From positions 38,897 to 102,896 of the forward strand of contig VGZO01000007.1 of the NCBI GenBank assembly GCA_016872555.1: 64,000 nt of DNA. Reading direction: 5' to 3'. A program made the position numbers and the translations under genes. This DNA is from Planctomycetota bacterium (lineage in GTDB: Bacteria; Planctomycetota; Planctomycetia; Pirellulales; UBA1268). The number at the start of each line of letters is the position of its first letter. Positions within the stretch are counted from its first letter, which is position 1. Shown one piece after another: positions 47,168-57,693 of the stretch. The notes beneath the pieces were generated by a model. That model was given only the letters and a program-made list of their open reading frames with translations, was not told where the DNA came from and did not search any database.

Positions 47168-48421
47168 TCAGGGGCTCGTCACCCGTACCCGCTCCACGCG
47201 CCGGCCCGAGGTGGCGAGGACCTCGAACGACGCGTTGTGGGCCTCGATCCGCTCCCCCACCTGCGGCACCCGGCCGCAGCGATGGAATACCAGCCCGCCG
47301 ACGGTCTCGTACCCGTCGGTCTCCGGCAGGTCGAGCCCTGTCCGTGCGTTGAGCTCACCGACGGGAAGGTGGCCGTCGACCTCCCAGGAACCGTCGGCGA
47401 GCCGGTGAAGCCCGTCGGCGAGGACCTCGTCATGTTCGTCGGTGATCTCGCCGACGATCTCCTCCAACGCGTCCTCGATCGTCACCAGCCCCGCCACGCC
47501 GCCGAACTCGTCGGTCACGATCGCGATGTGGGTGTGGGTCCGCTGCAGCTCACGGAGCAGCTTCTGGACCGACATCGTCTCGGGGACGAAGAACGGTGGC
47601 CGCAGCACCTCGCGCACCGACGACGGCGGCGGCACGCCGTCGAGCCGCCGGGTGAGGGCGACGAGCAATTCCCGCGCGTGGAGGATCCCGATCACGCCGT
47701 CGGGCGATCCTTCCCACACCGGCAGGCGCGAGTGGCCGCTCTCCGCGGCGAGGCGAACGACGTCGTCCCACGGCATGTCGACGGACAGGCTCACCATCGC
47801 CGTCCGCTTGGTCATGATCCGTCCGACCCGTGCCTCGGCGAGGTCCATGATCCCCTCGATCATGTCGCGCGCGGTGTCCTCGAGCAGACCGTCGCGGTGG
47901 GCCTCGTCGACGACCGCGCGGAGCTCGGCGTCGCCCGTCGCCGGCGCGACCGGTCCGGCCCCCCCCGCGGCGGCGAGCCGCCGGCCGAGCGACCCCAGCC
48001 AGCCGACGACCGGCGCCGCCAGCGCCAACAGCGGCCGCCAGATCGCGAACCCACCGACGAGGATCGCCGCCCCGCACCAGGCCGAGGCGACCACCGGCAG
48101 GGCGACCAGGGCCAGCCACGCCAGACCGATCCAGCCGACCGCTCCGGCCACCGCGGCGGTCGGCCCGGCGGCCGCCAGCGTCCGACCGGCGAGCAGCGTC
48201 GCCACCAATGCCGCGATCACCATCGCCGACGACGCGAGGAACGCGAGGGTGTCGCAGTCGGTGAGGATCCGCGCCACGTCGTCGGGTCGGCCCCGCGACC
48301 GGCAGGCCTCGGCGACACGATGGCGCTGCGGCCCGCGCGCGGCGCGGGCGAGTGTCGCCGCCGCTCCGGCGAGGGCGAGGACCATCACCGCCGATTCGAT
48401 GCGGATGGCGGCGGGGTTCAT
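47168..48421 (-). CDS. hemolysin-family / CNNM (DUF21-CBS-CorC_HlyC) transporter-associated protein
   Basis: 417 aa. N-terminal TM region, CBS pair (RIMTKRTAMVSL..., HIAIVTDEFGGVAGLVTIEDALEEIVGEI) and a CorC_HlyC C-terminal domain. 4-nt overlap with ybeY. Confidence 0.88.
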   Translation of the reverse strand: MNPAAIRIESAVMVLALAGAAATLARAARGPQRHRVAEACRSRGRPDDVARILTDCDTLAFLASSAMVIAALVATLLAGRTLAAAGPTAAVAGAVGWIGLAWLALVALPVVASAWCGAAILVGGFAIWRPLLALAAPVVGWLGSLGRRLAAAGGAGPVAPATGDAELRAVVDEAHRDGLLEDTARDMIEGIMDLAEARVGRIMTKRTAMVSLSVDMPWDDVVRLAAESGHSRLPVWEGSPDGVIGILHARELLVALTRRLDGVPPPSSVREVLRPPFFVPETMSVQKLLRELQRTHTHIAIVTDEFGGVAGLVTIEDALEEIVGEITDEHDEVLADGLHRLADGSWEVDGHLPVGELNARTGLDLPETDGYETVGGLVFHRCGRVPQVGERIEAHNASFEVLATSGRRVERVRVTSP

Positions 48422-48906
48422 GGGCGGCGCGAGCGACGGGGTGGGGCAGGGAGATCGAGCGCGGCGAACACCGCACGCTCGCGGGCCCGCATCGCCCGGC
48501 GGTGGGCGACGGCATGGTCATCGTAGCCGGTGAGGTGGAGCAGACCGTGGATCATGTAGTACGCCAGCTCGTGCCGGGCCGACCAGCCGTAGCGGGCCGC
48601 CTCGCGCAGCGCCGTCTCCGTGCTGCAGGCGATGTCGCCGCACAGCCGGTCGCCGTCGCCGAGATCGAAGGTGATCACGTCGGTCGGGGTCGGATCACCG
48701 AGCCAGCGGTCGTGGAGGGCGGCGATGCCGGCGTCGTCGACGAAGACCAGCGTGATCGTCGCCCGCTTTACTCCCTCCTCGGCCAGCGCCCGGCGGCACA
48801 CGCGGGTCAGCCAGGCGCGGGGCACGGACCAGACCCGCTGCCGATCGACGACCTCGACGACGTGCCTTCTCGGCGACGGCCGTGATCCGGCTTGCGCAGC
48901 GGCCAT
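48418..48906 (-). CDS. ybeY: rRNA maturation endoribonuclease YbeY
   Basis: 162 aa. Zinc motif HGLLHLTGYDDH, plus TDVITF. Confidence 0.92.
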   Translation of the reverse strand: MAAAQAGSRPSPRRHVVEVVDRQRVWSVPRAWLTRVCRRALAEEGVKRATITLVFVDDAGIAALHDRWLGDPTPTDVITFDLGDGDRLCGDIACSTETALREAARYGWSARHELAYYMIHGLLHLTGYDDHAVAHRRAMRARERAVFAALDLPAPPRRSRRP

Positions 48907-48907
48907 G

Positions 48908-51271
48908 TCAGGCTGACCGCTGGCCGGGATACTTCACGCGGCCATGGTAGACCGCGGTCAGGCTCTTGGTGAGGCTGTCCTCGATCCGTGCCAACTCCTC
49001 GAGCGTCAGCCCGCAGTCCTCGAACTGCCCGTCGAGCAGCCGCTTCATCGCCAGGTCGTGCACCAGCCCCTGGATCCGCGCCGGCGTCGGATCGGCCAGG
49101 GCCCGGCTGGCGCTCTCGGTGGCGTCGGCGAGCATCAGCACCGCTGACTCGCGCGTGCTCGGCTTCGGCCCCGGATAACGGTACATCTGCTCGTCGACCT
49201 CGGTCCCGTTGGGGTCGACCTGCGAGCGTTCGGTGGCACGACGGAAGAAGTACTCGACCAACGTCGTGCCATGGTGCTCGGTGATCAGATCGACGATCGG
49301 CTGCGGGAGGTGGTACTGCCGGGCCAGCTCGGCCCCCTCCTTGACGTGGGCGACGATCACCAAGGTGCTCATCGCCGGGGCGAGGGTTTCGTGGAGGCTC
49401 GGCTGCTGCCCCTGGTTCTCGACGAAGTAGGCCGGTTTGAGCATCTTGCCGACATCGTGGAAATAGGCCCCGACACGGACCAGCAGCCCGCGGGCACCGA
49501 TCGCCTCGGCCGCGGCCTCACCGATGCTGGCGACGTTGATCGAGTGGTTGTAGGTGCCCGGGGCACGACGGACCAGTTCCTGGAGGAGCGGATGGGCGAT
49601 GTCGCCGACCTCGAGGAGACTCAAGTCGGTGAGGACGCCGAATGCCCGCTCGATGAACGGCAGCAGACCGGTCATCAGGAACCCCGACAACGCGACCCAG
49701 CCGGCGGTCCGGGCGGCGTCGGTGAGGATCAGGTAGTCCTTGTCGAGCGGGCGCGACTCGAGGAGTTGCGACCCGATCTGGGTGAAGAAGGCGACGGCAG
49801 CGGCGAACAAGCCGACGTAGATCAGGCGGCTGCGGCTGCGGAGCCTGCCGGTCCAGAACACCACCGCCGCCGCGGTCGACACCAGCGTCACGAAACTCGA
49901 CATCCCCGCGCCGAGCACGACGACCACGACCAGCGCTACTTCGGCGGCCAAGAGCAGCGCCAGGTCCTCCTCGTAGGCGATCGCCACCGTCAGGGCGAAC
50001 ACCACCAGCGGCACCGTTTCCGCGCGCCAGCCGTCGGCGGCGGCGCACAGGCAGACGAGGACCGTCACCGTCGACAGGCCGAGGAGCGTGGCGACGTGGC
50101 CGAGATCGTCGAGGATGTCGTGGTGGCGGAGGTGGATGTAGAACCCCGCCAGCGTCAGCACCGCCACCAACAGCCCGAACGTCGCCACCAGTCGGCTCAA
50201 GCGCTGCGGGACCGTCTGCTCCTCGTTGAACGCCCGCTCCTCGAGCTCCAGCAACTCGAACTGCTCCGGCGACAGCGGCGCTCCGGGCGGGGCCAGCAGG
50301 TCACCGGCGGCGTAGCGCTCGAACTGCTGCGGGGTCTCGTCGCTCGCCTTCTTCTTGGCCTTGGCGGTCCCTTCGAGGTCCACCTCGAGCGAACCGGCAA
50401 GCCGCTGCTCGAGCCAGCCGACGAGGCGCGACGTGACAGGGCCCTCCCCGAACTCCTCGGTGAACCGGCCGGCAAGACGCAGCTTGGCCTCGACCAACTG
50501 GACGTCGAAGACCTGCACCCGGGAGATGTCGGCGGGGTTCCCGAGGGGATAGACGTCGATCTCGGTCTGGCTCCCCTCGTTGATGTCGTGCTGGAGTTTC
50601 TCGAGCACGCCCGTTCCGAGAATCTCCGCGAACGCCCGGTCGATCGCCCGGTCGACCTCCGTCTGCTTCTCCTTCGAGGCCACCCGGCCGCGGAACCTCT
50701 GATACTCCTGCTCCGCCGCGAGCACCGCCTCGTCGATCGGCACGGCGACGTCGCGCGACGGTTGGTCATCGGCGGGGGAGGTCGGTTGCTCCACTCCGGG
50801 GGCAGCGGGAGGAGGAAGTCGCTCGAAGGCGTCGGCGGCCTCGGGGGCGAACTCGAGCCACACCGCGCGGGGCACGGCCGCGAGCGTCTCGGCAGGGGCC
50901 AGTTCGGCGAGGCGGTTCTTCAATCCGTCCCGCAATCGCATCAGCTTCGCCTTGTCCTGCGTGTAGACGACGCGGACCTGCGCCTCGGCCCGCTTGCGGG
51001 CTTCCCGGGTGCGTTCCGCATCCGGTTTCTTGAACGGCACCCTGGCCGCCACACCGCGCGGCGCCACGGCGCCGACGTGCCACGGGAATGGCTCCATCCA
51101 GCCCCTCACCAGCAGCGCCATCACCAGCGCTGCACCCAGGCAGAGCCCGAGGCGGACCACCACCTCGGCGCGCGAAGCGCGCTCGAAAAGGGTTGACCAG
51201 AACCCCTGGGGGCCTTCGATGGCCTGGCCGCGGCGGATCCGGCGACGGTAGGACGAGGGGGCGACGGGCAT
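48908..51271 (-). CDS. 7TM-HD (HDIG) membrane phosphohydrolase, PgpH-like
   Basis: Start moved to ATG 51271, 11 nt after the phoH stop; ORF 48908..51397 would overlap phoH by about 115 nt. Extracellular region, 7 TM helices, and an HD domain HSINVA...YFHDVGK...HHG. Confidence 0.88.
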   Translation of the reverse strand: MPVAPSSYRRRIRRGQAIEGPQGFWSTLFERASRAEVVVRLGLCLGAALVMALLVRGWMEPFPWHVGAVAPRGVAARVPFKKPDAERTREARKRAEAQVRVVYTQDKAKLMRLRDGLKNRLAELAPAETLAAVPRAVWLEFAPEAADAFERLPPPAAPGVEQPTSPADDQPSRDVAVPIDEAVLAAEQEYQRFRGRVASKEKQTEVDRAIDRAFAEILGTGVLEKLQHDINEGSQTEIDVYPLGNPADISRVQVFDVQLVEAKLRLAGRFTEEFGEGPVTSRLVGWLEQRLAGSLEVDLEGTAKAKKKASDETPQQFERYAAGDLLAPPGAPLSPEQFELLELEERAFNEEQTVPQRLSRLVATFGLLVAVLTLAGFYIHLRHHDILDDLGHVATLLGLSTVTVLVCLCAAADGWRAETVPLVVFALTVAIAYEEDLALLLAAEVALVVVVVLGAGMSSFVTLVSTAAAVVFWTGRLRSRSRLIYVGLFAAAVAFFTQIGSQLLESRPLDKDYLILTDAARTAGWVALSGFLMTGLLPFIERAFGVLTDLSLLEVGDIAHPLLQELVRRAPGTYNHSINVASIGEAAAEAIGARGLLVRVGAYFHDVGKMLKPAYFVENQGQQPSLHETLAPAMSTLVIVAHVKEGAELARQYHLPQPIVDLITEHHGTTLVEYFFRRATERSQVDPNGTEVDEQMYRYPGPKPSTRESAVLMLADATESASRALADPTPARIQGLVHDLAMKRLLDGQFEDCGLTLEELARIEDSLTKSLTAVYHGRVKYPGQRSA

Positions 51272-51281
51272 GGGGGAAGAA

Positions 51282-52265
51282 TCACGGCCGGGAGGGCCGC
51301 CGCTGCTCCTGATGACCTGCGTCGTCGTAGGCGGCGACGATCCGCTGCACGAGCGGGTGGCGGACGATGTCCTCTCCGGCGAGCCGCACCTGCGCACACC
51401 CCGGCACCCCCTCCAGCCGCCGCATCGCGTCGACCAGTCCGCTGGTCCGGTTGGCGGGAAGGTCGACCTGCGTCGTGTCGCCGGAGATCACCATCTTCGA
51501 CCCGTTGCCGAGCCGGGTGAGGAACATCTTCATCTGCGAAACGGTGGTGTTCTGGGCCTCGTCGAGGATGATGAAGGCGTGGTTGAGCGTCCGCCCGCGC
51601 ATGTACGCCAGCGGGATCATCTCCACCACCTCCTGCTCGGAGAGGCGTTTGAGCTGCTCGAAGTCGATCATCTCGCGGAGGGCGTCGAGCAGCGGGCGCA
51701 GGTAGGGGTTGATCTTCGCCTGGAGATCCCCCGGCAGGTACCCGAGGCTCTCGCCGGCCTCGACCGCCGGACGCACCAGCACGATCTTCCGTACCTGCTC
51801 GCTGCGCAGCATCGACACCGCAAGAGCCACGGCAAGAAACGTCTTGCCGCTCCCCGCCGGTCCGGCGCAGAGGACCACGTCGTTGTTGCGGATCGCGCGG
51901 ACGTAGGCCGCCTGCCCGGGGGAACGCGGGACGACCGCCCGTCCGGGCCGCTGGACCTCGATCGGCTCGACCGGCTCGGCGGCGGATTGTCCGGTGGCGA
52001 TCGACAGCAGCTGGGCGACGTCCTCGAGGGCCACCGACCCCTGCTCCCGGGCGATCCGGTCGAGCTCTTCGAACACCGCCGTGGCGCGGAGCACGGCCGG
52101 CTCGTCCCCTTCGATGTGGATCGAGTCGTCACGGGCCGAAACGCCGACGCCGAGGGCCGAGCGGATGCGGCGGAGATGCTGATCCCGCGGCCCGAAAATG
52201 GCCAGGATCCGCTTGGAGTCGACGACCGCGATGCTCGTGCGCGACATGTGAGCCCGCGGCGGCAT
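51282..52265 (-). CDS. phoH: PhoH-family ATPase
   Basis: 327 aa. Walker A is CAGPAGSGKT; also ILDEAQN and GDTTQVDLP. Confidence 0.92.
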   Translation of the reverse strand: MPPRAHMSRTSIAVVDSKRILAIFGPRDQHLRRIRSALGVGVSARDDSIHIEGDEPAVLRATAVFEELDRIAREQGSVALEDVAQLLSIATGQSAAEPVEPIEVQRPGRAVVPRSPGQAAYVRAIRNNDVVLCAGPAGSGKTFLAVALAVSMLRSEQVRKIVLVRPAVEAGESLGYLPGDLQAKINPYLRPLLDALREMIDFEQLKRLSEQEVVEMIPLAYMRGRTLNHAFIILDEAQNTTVSQMKMFLTRLGNGSKMVISGDTTQVDLPANRTSGLVDAMRRLEGVPGCAQVRLAGEDIVRHPLVQRIVAAYDDAGHQEQRRPSRP

Positions 52266-52401
52266 GCCACCGACGGTCTCGGATAGAGGGGATTTCGCAC
52301 GAGTATACCCGGCGGCGTCCGGGCACCCGCGGGTGGTGTCCGGGAACCAGGCCGTTGCCTTCGTGGCACCTCGGCAAACCCTGACGCGGCAGCATGTTGC
52401 G

Positions 52402-53370
52402 TCATGCCACCCCGGGCCCGATCCAGTCCGCCGCCCGCCACAACACCCAGGCCACCGGTGCGGCGACCAGCAGCGAGTCGACCAGGTCGAGAACGCCCCC
52501 CAGCGGCCCCAATGACCGACCCGAGTCCTTCGTGCCCGCCTCGCGTTTGAGCAGTGATTCGCCCAGGTCGCCGAGGATCCCCGCCGTCCCCACGGCGAGA
52601 CCGTACACCGGCCAGCCTCCCCAGGGATGGGGCGCCGACGGCGCCGCGAGCAGCATCCAGGCGATCGCCACCGACGCCGCCACCGACGCCCATGCCCCCT
52701 CCCAGGTCTTTCCGGGGCTCAGCGCGGGCGCCATCCGCCGCCGACCGAGCGACGATCCGACCGCATACGCCGCAACGTCTCCCCCTTTCACGACCGCGAC
52801 GAGGCTCGCCAGCGGCACGATCGAGCGTGCCCCGCCGGGGATGCCGCCGTCGTCGACACGCAGCGCCACCAGGCACGCCACCGGCAGCGCCACCCAGGCG
52901 AGGATCAGCCCCGTCGCCGCCAACCGTCGCGTTCCGCCGCCATCGGCCGAGGGAAAGCGGATGATTTCGACGACCAGCGCCACGACGAACGCCAGCGCCG
53001 CCGCGCCCCCCGCCCAGCCGATCGCCGCCAGCGCCGGTGCGATGCCGGCCGTCGGTAGCGCACGAACCACTCCCGCGCCACAGGCCGCCGCGACCACCAC
53101 GGCGCTGCATCCGCCGACGGCCAGCGGCCGTGGCACCGGCGCCATCGTGCGGTCGGTAAGACGGCGCATCTCGTCGGCGCCCCCCGCCGCCACGGCCAGT
53201 GCCACCGGCAGCAGCCACGTCGCCGCCGGCGCGCCCGACAGGCCAGTGGCATCGGCCCAGAGAAGGAAGGCGAATGCCGCCGCCAACGCGACGGCGAACG
53301 CCACCCGCTCGGCGATCTTCCGCGCGGGCCGTGGGGTCCGAGCCCCACCTTCGTCGACCGCCGCGTTCAC
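52402..53370 (-). CDS. cdsA: phosphatidate cytidylyltransferase
   Basis: 322 aa, polytopic. Signature SLLKREAGTKDSGRSLGPLGGVLDLVDSLL (S-x-x-K-R-x-x-x-x-K-D ... G-G-x-x-D-R/L-x-D). Confidence 0.9.
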   Translation of the reverse strand: MNAAVDEGGARTPRPARKIAERVAFAVALAAAFAFLLWADATGLSGAPAATWLLPVALAVAAGGADEMRRLTDRTMAPVPRPLAVGGCSAVVVAAACGAGVVRALPTAGIAPALAAIGWAGGAAALAFVVALVVEIIRFPSADGGGTRRLAATGLILAWVALPVACLVALRVDDGGIPGGARSIVPLASLVAVVKGGDVAAYAVGSSLGRRRMAPALSPGKTWEGAWASVAASVAIAWMLLAAPSAPHPWGGWPVYGLAVGTAGILGDLGESLLKREAGTKDSGRSLGPLGGVLDLVDSLLVAAPVAWVLWRAADWIGPGVA

Positions 53371-54134
53371 GATGGGGCGAGCCCCCCGAACTTGCGTTCA
53401 CGCCCGGCGAACGCGCGGATCGCGGCGTCGAGGTGGCCGGTGTCGAAGTCGGGCCACATCGCATCGGTGGTCCACAGCTCGGCGTAGCTGACCTGCCAGA
53501 GGAGGAAGTTGCTCAGCCGCTGCTCGCCGGCGGTGCGGATCAGCAGGTCAGGGTCGGGCATTCCCGCGGTCGACAGCCGGGCGGCGAACGACGCCTCGTC
53601 GATCGTCGCCGGGTCGAGGCTGCCGTCGCGCGCCGCCTCCGCCAACGATCGGGCCGCATCGACGATCTCGTCACGACCGCCGTAGTTGACCGCCAGGCAG
53701 AGACGCATGCCGGTGTTGCCGGCGCACGTCGCGACCGTCCGGTCGAGGGCCGCCAGGGTGGCCGCCGGCAATCCCTCGCGGCGGCCGATCGTGGTCACCC
53801 GGATCCCTTCACGCATCAGCAGGGCGCGTTCCTCGACCATGTACTGCTCGAGGAGATGCATGAGGAACGTGATCTCGAGCGCCGGCCGCCGCCAGTTCTC
53901 GCGGGACAGGCAGTAGAGGGTGAGCTGCTCGAGGCCCAGGCGGGCGGCGTGTTCGGTGATCCGCCGCACGCTGGCGACCCCGCGGCGGTGCCCCTCGATC
54001 CGCGGCAGGCCCCGTTGCCGCGCCCAGCGGCCGTTGCCGTCCATTATTATGGCGACATGCCGCGGCGTGACTCCGGCCGCCGCGGCCGCCGGTGCAGGGG
54101 TCACGCCCGCACCGGTGCCGGCTGTCGAGGCCAT
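53367..54134 (-). CDS. uppS: isoprenyl transferase (undecaprenyl-diphosphate synthase)
   Basis: C-terminal part of ORF 53367..55313. Motifs HVAIIMDGNGRWA, LTLYCLSRENWRRP and IRTAGEQRLSNFLLWQ. ATG 54134 overlaps purA by 34 nt; an alternative GTG at 54104 forms a GTGA junction with the purA stop. Confidence 0.9.
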   Translation of the reverse strand: MASTAGTGAGVTPAPAAAAAGVTPRHVAIIMDGNGRWARQRGLPRIEGHRRGVASVRRITEHAARLGLEQLTLYCLSRENWRRPALEITFLMHLLEQYMVEERALLMREGIRVTTIGRREGLPAATLAALDRTVATCAGNTGMRLCLAVNYGGRDEIVDAARSLAEAARDGSLDPATIDEASFAARLSTAGMPDPDLLIRTAGEQRLSNFLLWQVSYAELWTTDAMWPDFDTGHLDAAIRAFAGRERKFGGLAPS

Positions 54135-55459
54135 GGCAATCCGCCCCCTTCCGCCGGACCACGTGCGCCGCCGTCGCCATCGCGGAAAACCGTCTGTGCC
54201 CGGTCGGGACCGACCGAGACGATCCGCACCGGTCGACCGAGCAGCGCGGCGATCCGCTCGACGTAGCGTTGGGCCGCCCCGGGGAGCCCGACCTGTTCGC
54301 GGATCACCGACAGGTCCTCGTGCCAGCCGGGGAGCGTCTCGTAGACCGGGCGGGCGCGACGGAGATCGTCGACGTGGCTGGGAAAATCGGTCGTCCGCCG
54401 GCCGTCGATCTCGTAGGCGGTGCAGATCGAGAGTTGGTCGAGCCCCCCGAGGACGTCGAGGAGCATCACGGCCAGCTCGTCGACGCCGGACAGCCGGGTG
54501 GCGTAGCGGGCGGCGACGGCGTCGAACCATCCGCAGCGGCGTGGCCGGCGCGTGACGGTGCCGTATTCGTTGCCGCGCTCGCGGAGATGGATGCCGATCG
54601 CATTGTCCTGCTCGGTCGGCAGCGGCCCGCCACCGACCCGGGTCGAGTAGGCCTTGACGACGCCGATGGAGCGGTCGATCCACCGCGCCGGCACACCCGA
54701 TCCGGGACCGACTCCCAGCCCCGAGGAGTTGCTGCTGGTGACGAACGGGTAGGTTCCGTGGTCGACGTCGAGGAGCGTTCCCTGGGCCCCTTCGAACAGC
54801 ACCCGCCTCCCGGCCTCGACCGCGTCGAGCAGGTAGGCAGTCGTGTCGCGGACGTGCGGCTCGAGGCGCGTGGCCATGCGGCGCGTGTCGGCGAGGATCG
54901 CATCGGCATCGAGCGTCGCGGCGGCCGGCCCAGCCACGGCGAGGAAGCGCTGCTTGAGGGCGACGACGTGCCGCAGCGTGGCGGGGAAATCGTCGCGGTA
55001 CAGATCGCCGATCCGGATCGCCATCGCCCGCCCCACCTTGTCGCGGTAGCAGGGGCCGATGCCCCGGCCGGTGGTGCCGATCGGCTCGCCACCCGACAGA
55101 CTGCCGTCGAGGAGGCGGTCCTCGGCGACGTGCCACGGGAAGACGACGTGCGCCCGGTCGGAGAGCAGCAGTTTCGAGCCGACCGCGACACCACGCCCCT
55201 CGAGCATGTCGATCTCGCGGAGCACCGCCGCCGGGTCGAGCACGACCCCGCCGGTGACCACGCAGGTGACCCCGTCGCGGAGGATCCCGCTGGGGATCAA
55301 CGACAGCTTCCACGTCTCACCGCCGGAGACGACGGTATGGCCGGCGTTGGCGCCCCCCTGGTAGCGGACGACGATGTCGTGGTGCTCGGTGAGGATGTCG
55401 ACGAGCTTGCCCTTCGCCTCGTCACCCCATTGCAGACCGATGACGCAGGTGCCGGGCAC
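54101..55459 (-). CDS. purA: adenylosuccinate synthase
   Basis: 452 aa. Motifs GLQWGDEAKGKLVD, GANAGHT, GTTGRGIGP and VGGGP. Confidence 0.95.
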   Translation of the reverse strand: MPGTCVIGLQWGDEAKGKLVDILTEHHDIVVRYQGGANAGHTVVSGGETWKLSLIPSGILRDGVTCVVTGGVVLDPAAVLREIDMLEGRGVAVGSKLLLSDRAHVVFPWHVAEDRLLDGSLSGGEPIGTTGRGIGPCYRDKVGRAMAIRIGDLYRDDFPATLRHVVALKQRFLAVAGPAAATLDADAILADTRRMATRLEPHVRDTTAYLLDAVEAGRRVLFEGAQGTLLDVDHGTYPFVTSSNSSGLGVGPGSGVPARWIDRSIGVVKAYSTRVGGGPLPTEQDNAIGIHLRERGNEYGTVTRRPRRCGWFDAVAARYATRLSGVDELAVMLLDVLGGLDQLSICTAYEIDGRRTTDFPSHVDDLRRARPVYETLPGWHEDLSVIREQVGLPGAAQRYVERIAALLGRPVRIVSVGPDRAQTVFRDGDGGARGPAEGGGLPWPRQPAPVRA

Positions 55460-55679
55460 GACAGGAAAACCTCGCCGAATAATCCGAGCGGGCAGCGCGG
55501 GCTGCCATGAAGAGCTTTCCCCGCGATTCTAGCACACGCCACCGTGCCGGCCGCCGCGCCGGCGGGTGTGCTCCAGACCGCGGGGTACGGAAGCAGGGGA
55601 ACCTCCGCCACAGTCCCCGGAAGGCCCCGCCGCCACCCGGTCCGGGCGGGTGGTATCGTCTGGCGGGAGGCCACTGCCG

Positions 55680-56762
55680 ATGAAACCCGCGCCCGGTACG
55701 ATCCATCATGTCGCTGCCGCGGGTGCCGGGCAGACGCTGGCCGCGTTCCTGCGCGGAGCCGAGCAGGCGAGCTGGTCGCAGGTCCAGCGGCTGATCCGCA
55801 CGCGCCGCGTGCAGATCCACGGCAATGTCTGCACCGATGCCGGCCGCCGGCTGCGCGACGGCGACGTCGTCAAGATCCTCCCCACCTCGGCGCCGGCGCC
55901 ACCGCGCGCCGACCAGCTGCGGATCGTCCACCTCGACGCGGCGGTGGTCGTGGTCGACAAGCCGTCGGGGATCACCACGGTGCGCCACGCCGAGGAGCGG
56001 TCGTGGCCGGCCCGGCGCCGGCAGGTCCAACCGACGCTCGACGAGCTCCTCCCGGCGGCGATCGCCGCCCACGGCGGACGGCGGCGCGGCGGCGGGCGGC
56101 TGGTGCCGGTGCGCGCCGTCCACCGCATCGACCGGGAAACCAGCGGGCTGGTGGTGTTCGCGCGGACGGTGCCGGCGGAACGGATCCTCGCCGAACAGTT
56201 CCGCGCCCACACCACGCGGCGCCGCTACCTCGCGTTGTGCGTCGGCCGGGTCGGCGCCGGCACGATCGTCTCGACGCTGGTTCGCGACCGCGGCGACGGC
56301 AGGCGCGGGTCGTCCGACGAGGGCGAGGGGAAACGGGCGGTGACCCACGTCCACCCCGTCGAGCACTTCGGCGACGACGCCACGCTCGTCGAATGCGTCC
56401 TCGAGACGGGGCGGACGCACCAGATCCGCATCCATCTCGCCGAGAGCGGCCATCCGCTGTGCGGCGAGCGCGTCTACTCGGCGCCCCGGGGGAGCGGCGG
56501 AGTCGATCGCTCCGGGGCGCGGCGGGTGATGCTCCACGCGGCCCGGTTGGGGTTTGTCCATCCCGAGTCGGGCGCCGACCTCGATTTCGAGTCGCCGCTG
56601 CCCGCCGACATCCGTGCGGTCATCGCCCGGCTGCGCGGCTCCGCCGGCCCGCGGCCATCGGCACCACGCCCCGATGCCGGCCTCACTCGGCCGCGACCAC
56701 CTCGCCCCCCGAGCGGGTCGCGACGGCCTGCCAAACGGCGGCCTCGACCCCGTCGGCCATGA
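55680..56762 (+). CDS. RluA-family 23S rRNA pseudouridine synthase (RluD-like, with S4 domain)
   Basis: Start set at ATG 55680 (GGGAGG upstream). S4-like [18 protein letters not shown]. Catalytic [16 protein letters not shown]; also GRTHQIRIH. The basic C-terminal tail overlaps the convergent DUF1559 gene by 80 nt. Confidence 0.85.
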   Translation: MKPAPGTIHHVAAAGAGQTLAAFLRGAEQASWSQVQRLIRTRRVQIHGNVCTDAGRRLRDGDVVKILPTSAPAPPRADQLRIVHLDAAVVVVDKPSGITTVRHAEERSWPARRRQVQPTLDELLPAAIAAHGGRRRGGGRLVPVRAVHRIDRETSGLVVFARTVPAERILAEQFRAHTTRRRYLALCVGRVGAGTIVSTLVRDRGDGRRGSSDEGEGKRAVTHVHPVEHFGDDATLVECVLETGRTHQIRIHLAESGHPLCGERVYSAPRGSGGVDRSGARRVMLHAARLGFVHPESGADLDFESPLPADIRAVIARLRGSAGPRPSAPRPDAGLTRPRPPRPPSGSRRPAKRRPRPRRP

Positions 56763-57693
56763 ACCGGCTCGAGCCGTCGGCCCACAGGACGTTGACCCCG
56801 CCGGGATGGCGGCTTCGCGCCCCCCGCCAGCCGTAGCCGGCGTACATCAGGCGGGGATCGGCCGTCGCCATGTTGACGCCGAGGCAGTCGATCTCGGGAT
56901 CGTTGGGAAGGCGGCGGTGGTTGTAGAGGCAGGTCCGGTACTCGCCGTTGGCCCAGGAGAATCCGCGCAGGTCGGTGAAGTTCCAGTAGAAGGCGGACCG
57001 GCACCCGGCATCTGACAGGGGAAACGCGAACGTGAACGCATAGCCGTTCGCCGCGGTGATCGAGCCGCGGTTGGTGGTCGCGACCGGACCGTCGCCGAGG
57101 TTGCTCTCCGCGAACGCCACCGTCTTGGAAAGTCCGTCGGTCACGTCGCGCGGCTTCGTCTGGGAATTCACGAAGAACATCCCGTCGGTGTCGAACGGCG
57201 TGCCCCCGCCGACCCCGGTCCCGGTGCAGGCGGCATAGTTCGTCGGCCCGAACAGCGGCGACACCGGGCCATTGCGATCCGACGGGCAGAGAAACAGCGG
57301 GATCGTGAGGGCGACGATCGGCTTGTTCTGCGGGGCGATATCGGCCGGCGTCAGGCCGATGTACAGCGGCACGGAGAGGTCGAGGCTGCGGAGCAGCGAT
57401 TCCTGCTCGTAATACGGTGCGAGGTGGGCGAGCACCGACCAGCGGAAGAACTGGTGCGGCCAATTGGGCTTCGCCGCCCAGGCGCGGGCCTCGGCCCCCA
57501 CCGGATACCGTCCCCTCGCTCCCTCGTGATTGGCCGCGGCGATGCCGATCTGGCGCAGGTTGTTGACACACTGCGTCCGCCGGGCGGCCTCGCGGGCTGC
57601 CTGCACGGCCGGCAGGAGCAGCGCCACGAGGCCGCCGACGATGGCGACGACGACGAGCAGTTCGACGAGCGTGAATCCGCGCCGGGCGATCAT
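56683..57693 (-). CDS. DUF1559 protein with prepilin-type N-terminal cleavage/methylation domain
   Basis: 336 aa. [50 protein letters not shown] is the canonical planctomycete pseudopilin-like N-terminus. C-terminal [16 protein letters not shown]. The start overlaps the upstream stop (ATGA). Confidence 0.92.
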   Translation of the reverse strand: MIARRGFTLVELLVVVAIVGGLVALLLPAVQAAREAARRTQCVNNLRQIGIAAANHEGARGRYPVGAEARAWAAKPNWPHQFFRWSVLAHLAPYYEQESLLRSLDLSVPLYIGLTPADIAPQNKPIVALTIPLFLCPSDRNGPVSPLFGPTNYAACTGTGVGGGTPFDTDGMFFVNSQTKPRDVTDGLSKTVAFAESNLGDGPVATTNRGSITAANGYAFTFAFPLSDAGCRSAFYWNFTDLRGFSWANGEYRTCLYNHRRLPNDPEIDCLGVNMATADPRLMYAGYGWRGARSRHPGGVNVLWADGSSRFMADGVEAAVWQAVATRSGGEVVAAE